From an uncultured delta proteobacterium (GTDB lineage: Bacteria > Desulfobacterota > BSN033 > UBA1163): a DNA stretch of 64,000 nucleotides. The number at the start of each line of letters is the position of its first letter. Position 1 is the stretch's first letter. The position numbers were made by a program, and so were the translations under genes. Shown in pieces: positions 58,613 through 64,000 of this stretch. Where the stretch lies: assembly GCA_963708295.1 (NCBI GenBank), contig CAVPSJ010000004.1, positions 1,107,154 to 1,171,153 of the forward strand, in the 5' to 3' direction. The notes beneath the pieces were generated by a model that saw only the letters and a list, made by a program, of their open reading frames with translations, was not told the DNA's origin and made no database searches.

Positions 58613-59964
58613 TGAAAATAAAACTTATCGCACCGCGTGAACCACGTGAAGACACTTTATCCAGCCCTTTCAAGCTGCAGAGGGTCAATCTTCCTCTTCT
58701 GGCGGCGCTTACCCCGCCTGGCCACACGGTGACCATTGTCGATGAAGCTTTTGCTCCCGATGACATGAATCAGGATGTGGATTTGGTGGGGATCACCGTC
58801 ATGACTGACCTTGCGCTCAGAGCCTATCATATCGCTGACACCTATCGTCAGAAGGGTGTGAAGGTGGTGATGGGAGGAATACACCCCACGGTATTGCCTG
58901 ACGAAGCTTTAGAGCATGCAGACGCTGTCGTCGTGGGAGAAGCGGAGGGTATCTGGCCACGACTTGTATCGGATGCCGCCTCGGGACAGATGCAAAGGCT
59001 CTATCGGGCCGCTAAAATGACAGATCTCAAAGGCCTACCGAAACCACGGCGAGATCTCTTCCCCGGAACCAAATGTAATGGTTATACTCCTATCCCGATC
59101 GGCGTCGAGACATCCCGAGGGTGTCCGTACGATTGCGAATTCTGTTCCATTGGCCAGACCTTGGGGCATCACTATCGAGTCAGGCCGGTTCAGGAGGTGA
59201 TTGCCGAGATAGAGTCTATTGATTCCCCTCACCTCTTCTTCGTCGATGACGCCCTTGGACTGAACCGGAATGCAGCCAAAAAGCTTTTTACTGAAATGAT
59301 ACCTCTTCGGCGGCTATGGCTGGGGCAGGGAACAGTGTCGTTAGCTGAGGATCTGGAGCTGCTAAGATTGATGAGACGTTCGGGGTGCATGGGGCTTTTG
59401 ATCGGATTCGAATCGGTACAGAAAGAAACACAGAATGAGGTGAAGAAAATAAAGAACCTGAGGATCGATTTTTATGAGGCCATGCGTCGATTCCATGGCG
59501 AAGGTTTCGGTATACTGGGCGCGTTTGTTTTTGGCTTTGATTACGAAAACAAGGATGTGTTCGAGCAGACCCTTGAGTTTATAATGAGAGGTCGTCTGGA
59601 TTGTGTCGAGCTGAGGATTCTCACTCCTTTTCCGGGAACTCGGTTATATCAGCGTCTCTTAAGCGAAGGCAGGTTGTTTGTGCGTGACTGGTGGCTCCGT
59701 GGATATCCTCCGGATACCCTCCTTTTTCAACCCAAGGGCATGACTGCTGACGAGCTCATTAGTGGTTTCGCCCGCTTGAACAGACAAACCTATTCTTTCG
59801 GCGCAATGATAAAACGATTCTTTGGCATGAGTCCATGGAAACGGACTCTGCTCGGTTGCCAAGTGTACGCCGGGATCAATCTATCTACCCGTAAACGTTA
59901 TTTCAAAGGCCTGAGGAATCCACAACCCTTTGCAGGGGCTTCCAACTCAATAGGAAAGCAATAG
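58609..59964 (+). CDS. B12-binding-domain radical SAM protein
   Basis: LAALTP, GGIHPT, GEAE, TSRGCPYDCEFC, FVDD, GFES, TPFPGT; coupled to the upstream stop. Confidence 0.92.
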   Translation: MMKIKLIAPREPREDTLSSPFKLQRVNLPLLAALTPPGHTVTIVDEAFAPDDMNQDVDLVGITVMTDLALRAYHIADTYRQKGVKVVMGGIHPTVLPDEALEHADAVVVGEAEGIWPRLVSDAASGQMQRLYRAAKMTDLKGLPKPRRDLFPGTKCNGYTPIPIGVETSRGCPYDCEFCSIGQTLGHHYRVRPVQEVIAEIESIDSPHLFFVDDALGLNRNAAKKLFTEMIPLRRLWLGQGTVSLAEDLELLRLMRRSGCMGLLIGFESVQKETQNEVKKIKNLRIDFYEAMRRFHGEGFGILGAFVFGFDYENKDVFEQTLEFIMRGRLDCVELRILTPFPGTRLYQRLLSEGRLFVRDWWLRGYPPDTLLFQPKGMTADELISGFARLNRQTYSFGAMIKRFFGMSPWKRTLLGCQVYAGINLSTRKRYFKGLRNPQPFAGASNSIGKQ

Positions 59965-60019
59965 ATATCACCTGTAAAAAAGCAGTAGAGATATTACGGT
60001 AGTCCATTCCAAAAAATGG

Positions 60020-60673
60020 TTAGGATGAAAGCCAAAGCACGTCCCCGAACAGATTAGGATCATGGGAACGGGAGGAAAAGATGGCAAATTCTGTCTTTTC
60101 TTTGCTCAATAGGGTGGGATCGCCGTGACCAGGGTATATCTCTGTATCATCAGGCAAGACAAAGATCTTACTGGTTATGGATTCGATTATTTGCTTCAAA
60201 TCAGCCGGCGACTCTGTCTTACCCGGGCCTCCGGGGAAGATAGTATCTCCCGAAATAAGATATTTTCCTATTAAAAAGCACACACTGCCGGGTGTGTGAC
60301 CAGGCGTATGAAGGACTTTCAGACTGATGTTTCCAAAGGATACCTTTTCACCGTCATCCAGGAGAATTTCTGGTCGTAGAGGCAGACCGTTGGCGTCCAG
60401 ACGATGGGTGCCAATGGGAATCCTTAGCTTGGACTTTAGCTCGGATAGTGCGCCGACATGATCCGTATGGCTATGAGTGATTAGCATGTATCTGGGATGA
60501 GTCCCTTTCAACTGTCTTAGAATTTCAGCTGCTTCTGCGGGAGCGTCCACCAACACACTATCTCCGGTTAGGGGACAGGTGATGATGTAGCAATTCGTGT
60601 AGCAATGCGTATCGAAGGGTCCCAATGTACGCCTATCGATCTGAACGTACTTATTTTTTGCCACACGTGCCAC
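60020..60673 (-). CDS. Glyoxalase II-like MBL-fold hydrolase
   Basis: THSHTDH, HTPGHTPG, SGDTIF, YPGHG. Confidence 0.9.
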   Translation of the reverse strand: MARVAKNKYVQIDRRTLGPFDTHCYTNCYIITCPLTGDSVLVDAPAEAAEILRQLKGTHPRYMLITHSHTDHVGALSELKSKLRIPIGTHRLDANGLPLRPEILLDDGEKVSFGNISLKVLHTPGHTPGSVCFLIGKYLISGDTIFPGGPGKTESPADLKQIIESITSKIFVLPDDTEIYPGHGDPTLLSKEKTEFAIFSSRSHDPNLFGDVLWLSS

Positions 60674-61028
60674 GTTTATTCCCTCTGGGGATGATAAATT
60701 GTCTATTTCAGTATATCCCCTGAACCCATTCAGTATATCGATATCACATTAAGGAGAGAGGTTCAAGGCTGTCTGTATTGTATGGAGCTCATCCTTTTCA
60801 AACATTGGTCATCTCTCAAAGGATCAGGAGGAGATATTACTCTAAATTCCATATCGTTTCTCTCAAGATCTTTCTTCCGATTGACATTACTCGTTGATCC
60901 TCGATGAATATTCGAGGCCTTTCAGTTGTTCACTGATGTAGAATCTTGGACAAAATCTGGTTTTTGTTAAATTGACCGTTGACTGGTACAGGAAAGAAAA
61001 CGGGTTATAATTGGAAACGAGGTGCTCC

Positions 61029-62210
61029 ATGGATATCTTTGAAAAGTGCGTAAAAGCGACGGAGTATGAATCTGGATTGAAGGAAAGTGGTTCCTATTTC
61101 TTTTTTCGGAAGCTCGAATCCCCGCAGGATTCTGAGGTGGTGGTCAACGGGAAGAGAGTGATCATGATCGGTTCTAACAATTATCTTGGACTCACCAACC
61201 ACCCCCGGGTAAAGGAAGCAGCGCTCAAGGCCATTGAAAAATACGGTAGCGGCTGTGCGGGTTCACGATTTCTAAATGGGAATCTTGAGATCCACGAAGA
61301 ACTGGAAAAGAAGCTGGCCAGGTTCTTTCGGAAGGAAGCTGCTCTCGTCTTTGCAACCGGCTACCAGACCAATTTGGGAGTGATCCCTGCTCTTGTGGGC
61401 CGGAACGATGTCGCTATTATCGATAGGTACGATCATGCAAGCATCATTGACGGCTGTCGCCTCTCCTTCGGTGAGGTCAAGAAATACCGGCATAACGACA
61501 TGGATGATCTGGAGCACGTCCTCGAGGGGTGTAAAGGGAAGGGTAAATTGATCATCGTCGATGGCGTTTTCAGCATGGAAGGCGATATTGCTGATCTCCC
61601 TGCTATTGTGAGGCTAGCCAAGGCCTATGGGGCGAGGATCATGGTAGACGACGCCCACGGGATCGGCGTTCTTGGAAATGGAGGACGGGGAACGGCGGAG
61701 CATTTTGGCCTTGAAAACGAAGTAGATCTTATCATGGGAACCTACAGCAAATCCCTTGCCGCGATCGGCGGCTTTATCGCAGGTCCGTCAGAGGTGATCA
61801 ATTGGATCAAGCACCTGGGTCGCTCGATGATCTTCAGCGCCAGTCTCCCACCCTCCCTGGTGGCATCGGTGAGCGCCGCTTTGGACATCATCGAAGAACA
61901 GCCCGAATTAAGAGCCCGGCTTTGGAGAAATACGCACAAGATGCTGAGAGGATACAAAACGCTCGGGTATGATACAGGAACGAGCGAAACTCCGATCATT
62001 CCCATCCTTATTAAAGACACCATGAAAACTTACCAGATGTGCAAGCTCCTCTTCGAAAATGGTGTCTTTGTCAATTCGGTCATTAGCCCTGCAGTCCCCC
62101 CAGGACGAGAACTCCTCAGGACAAGTTACATGGCGACCCACACGGAGGAACAGTTGGATAAGGTCTTGGCTGCCTTCGAGAAGGTGGGAAGACAACTGGG
62201 AGTGATCTGA
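61029..62210 (+). CDS. spt: Serine palmitoyltransferase-like alpha-oxoamine synthase
   Basis: GSNNYLGL, GCAGSRFLNG, HASIIDG, FSMEGD, DDAHG, GTYSKSLA (PLP Lys), IFSASLPP, RTSYMATH; these match SPT better than KBL or BioF. Confidence 0.8.
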   Translation: MDIFEKCVKATEYESGLKESGSYFFFRKLESPQDSEVVVNGKRVIMIGSNNYLGLTNHPRVKEAALKAIEKYGSGCAGSRFLNGNLEIHEELEKKLARFFRKEAALVFATGYQTNLGVIPALVGRNDVAIIDRYDHASIIDGCRLSFGEVKKYRHNDMDDLEHVLEGCKGKGKLIIVDGVFSMEGDIADLPAIVRLAKAYGARIMVDDAHGIGVLGNGGRGTAEHFGLENEVDLIMGTYSKSLAAIGGFIAGPSEVINWIKHLGRSMIFSASLPPSLVASVSAALDIIEEQPELRARLWRNTHKMLRGYKTLGYDTGTSETPIIPILIKDTMKTYQMCKLLFENGVFVNSVISPAVPPGRELLRTSYMATHTEEQLDKVLAAFEKVGRQLGVI

Positions 62211-62289
62211 CGGAAACCGAGGGCATGACGAAACAAGACCTGCACCTTCAGGAGGTAAAAAGCGAACAAGATCTCGATCCGGGCCTTCG

Positions 62290-62530
62290 TGCACATAAAC
62301 AAACACAGGGGCTGAAGACCCATGTGGAAATCCAGAGTAAACCTACAAATCCCAAGATCCCCAATCTGACGGTTCTCGATTAGATCCGTGAAACTTCCTA
62401 TTATCTTTGGATCCAATGTCGGAGCCACATTTCTGAGATAGGCACGGATATGATTGAGCACTTTTTGGTTGTTGTAAAGGTAAGTTCCAACCAGTCCCAA
62501 TACCAGCATGATAAAAGGAATCAAGTTAAT
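62290..62530 (-). pseudogene. YihY/BrkB-family membrane protein fragment
   Basis: LIPFIMLVLGLVG..HIRAYL..PTLDPKI..; shifted frame GILGFVGLLWISTWVFS; no plausible start or full length. Confidence 0.45.
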
Positions 62531-62649
62531 GAGGATATTAACATGATCTTATGTTAGCGGACATCCTGTTTTTTCTCCTCCTTATTTTGTCTGTAAATGG
62601 TCGTCTATATATTGGATTAGATCGAAGACATAGTCCATGTAATTGTCTC

Positions 62650-64000
62650 CCCGCTCTTTATCGATCTGGTTTACGAAAAAGTGTCCCCTTCCATTCTTGG
62701 AATTCATCCCGTCCGGGATGACAATGATCATCTTTTGAATTTCTTGGGGTCACAGGCATCAAATGTCCAGGGCTGCCCGAACGTACGTGTTGGCGAGACC
62801 CGAAATCGACATATTGTACCCGCCAAGGAGATAAAGAACAGGATAGTAGGTCGATCTGCTTCCCTTGTATCCCGGCGGAAGGTAATATCCCAAACTTCAT
62901 TCTCCTTTTCAATGAAGGACTATAAAAGTAGGTTACTCCCATCTTGCTCGGGTGCCGGAACATTTCAGAGTCCGTTCCAGTATCCTCCGCCAGGGAAGTG
63001 GTCTGAGACAAAGGCAAACAGGGTTGTAAAACGGTTGGCCACAACGATAGCCCCTTTGACTCCCTTTTTGGACTGGCTAAAACTCTTGCTGATATTCTCC
63101 TGATCGAATCCAACGTGGCCCCCTTCATATTTCACATAGACCCTTTTTTGATCAAAATGGGAGACCTGGGGAAAACTATCTGGAAAACCATTTTCGATCT
63201 GCACCTTGAGCCGTCGATCCTCTAAAACTTTAACAAAGTGATCGGTATGAATATCGAACTGAAACTCATCTTCATTCCCGGCATCGAGATAGAAATTCAA
63301 ACCCTCAAGAGTAGATAAATCCATGTCTTCAACGTAGGCCAATGGATCCTGAGCCATATAATTGAGATGGTTGGGATTGAAAAGAAAACATTTTATCTCC
63401 CTCTCCGAAGTCTCCCCAACCGGGAGACCCCATCAATCCCCACATCTAAAAATTCATCAGGATCAACCATCCCGTTTCCATTGAGATCCGTAAAAGGTTC
63501 ATGGAACTGCCTGGGGATGGGTTCTCCAGGATCTCTTTTCCCATTTCCGTTGAGATCAACAGCCAGAAGTACCTCCACCCAGTCACTGGGGTAAGGGTCT
63601 CCATAGGTGATGACTGGTAAACTCCCATCCGGATTATATTCTCCGTCTTTAAAATTGAGAAGGGTCGTTGGCTTCCTGGCATTTTCAGCAGTGATTCCCG
63701 GGGGATAATAGGTAGAGAGAGGATTATAATAGATAGGGTTCCCAAAACTGATGGCCATATTCTTAACCATGTTTATTCCCTGTATCCCGGTTCGGATAGA
63801 AATTGGGGTTGTCATAATTTCCGAGCATATCCACTTCGATGAACTAGGAGGTAGGCCATATCCAGGGGGCCTCCGAGGCAGGCCATGGTTTTGAAGGTAT
63901 CCGGGTGACTCACCCCGATATTCATCGCCCCATAGCCACCCATAGAAACCCCTGCGATCGCCCTAAACTGAGGGCTACCTTTTCCTACCTTTGTCGGAGT
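62650..64000 (-). CDS. Putative esterase-family alpha/beta hydrolase, 3' part, multiply frameshifted or truncated
   Basis: RAIAGVSMGGYGAMNIG (GxSxG) near 63960-63915; DLNGNG x2; YLDAG.EDEF; GGH; second-domain start YFYSPSL..YPVLYLLGG. Confidence 0.65.

Noticed and set aside
61029-62210. BioF or KBL assignment
   Set aside because: GSRFLNG and GTYSKS fit SPT better than KBL (SVRFICG, TLGKA) or BioF, and no bio or tdh genes are adjacent. A tree is still needed.
1-64000. CRISPR array, cas genes, prophage, integrase or intact transposase
   Set aside because: No regularly spaced repeat-spacer array and no matching protein motifs were seen by eye.

Overview
Bacterial genomic DNA. The gene content is most consistent with an anaerobic Desulfobacterota/deltaproteobacterium (inference). 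Single-base indels are frequent, even in glnS, so most frameshifts are probably long-read errors. From left to right the window holds: (1) a partner-switching/sensor region (SpoIIE end, RsbW, STAS, GAF histidine kinase) interleaved with an lnt + B12-radical-SAM pair and a Phd/VapC module; (2) a thiol-redox operon whose TlpA-like gene reads WUPNC through an in-frame TGA followed by a SECIS-like hairpin (a selenoprotein); (3) a mosaic accessory stretch from about 12 to 27.5 kb ending at tRNA-Glu(CTC), with a second TA pair, two orphan integron-type cassettes (ecotin and a BamE-like lipoprotein), a CocE/Liv-ABC/RutB catabolic set, MITE and RAYT-like relics; (4) housekeeping genes glnS, thrC and rnz, plus RRM and cold-shock genes with terminator-like leaders; (5) a lipid gene cluster from about 43.7 to 62.3 kb. 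The cluster is the best candidate for an undescribed system. It has a YghO/bCerS-like GNAT acyltransferase, a single-module PKS/FAS (ER'-ER-KS-AT-ACP-KR-DH), a PPTase, an ABC exporter, an EptA-like phosphoethanolamine transferase, a B12 radical SAM enzyme and a nearby serine palmitoyltransferase. I read this as a possible PKS-fed sphingolipid pathway. No rRNA, CRISPR array, integrase or intact transposase was seen.
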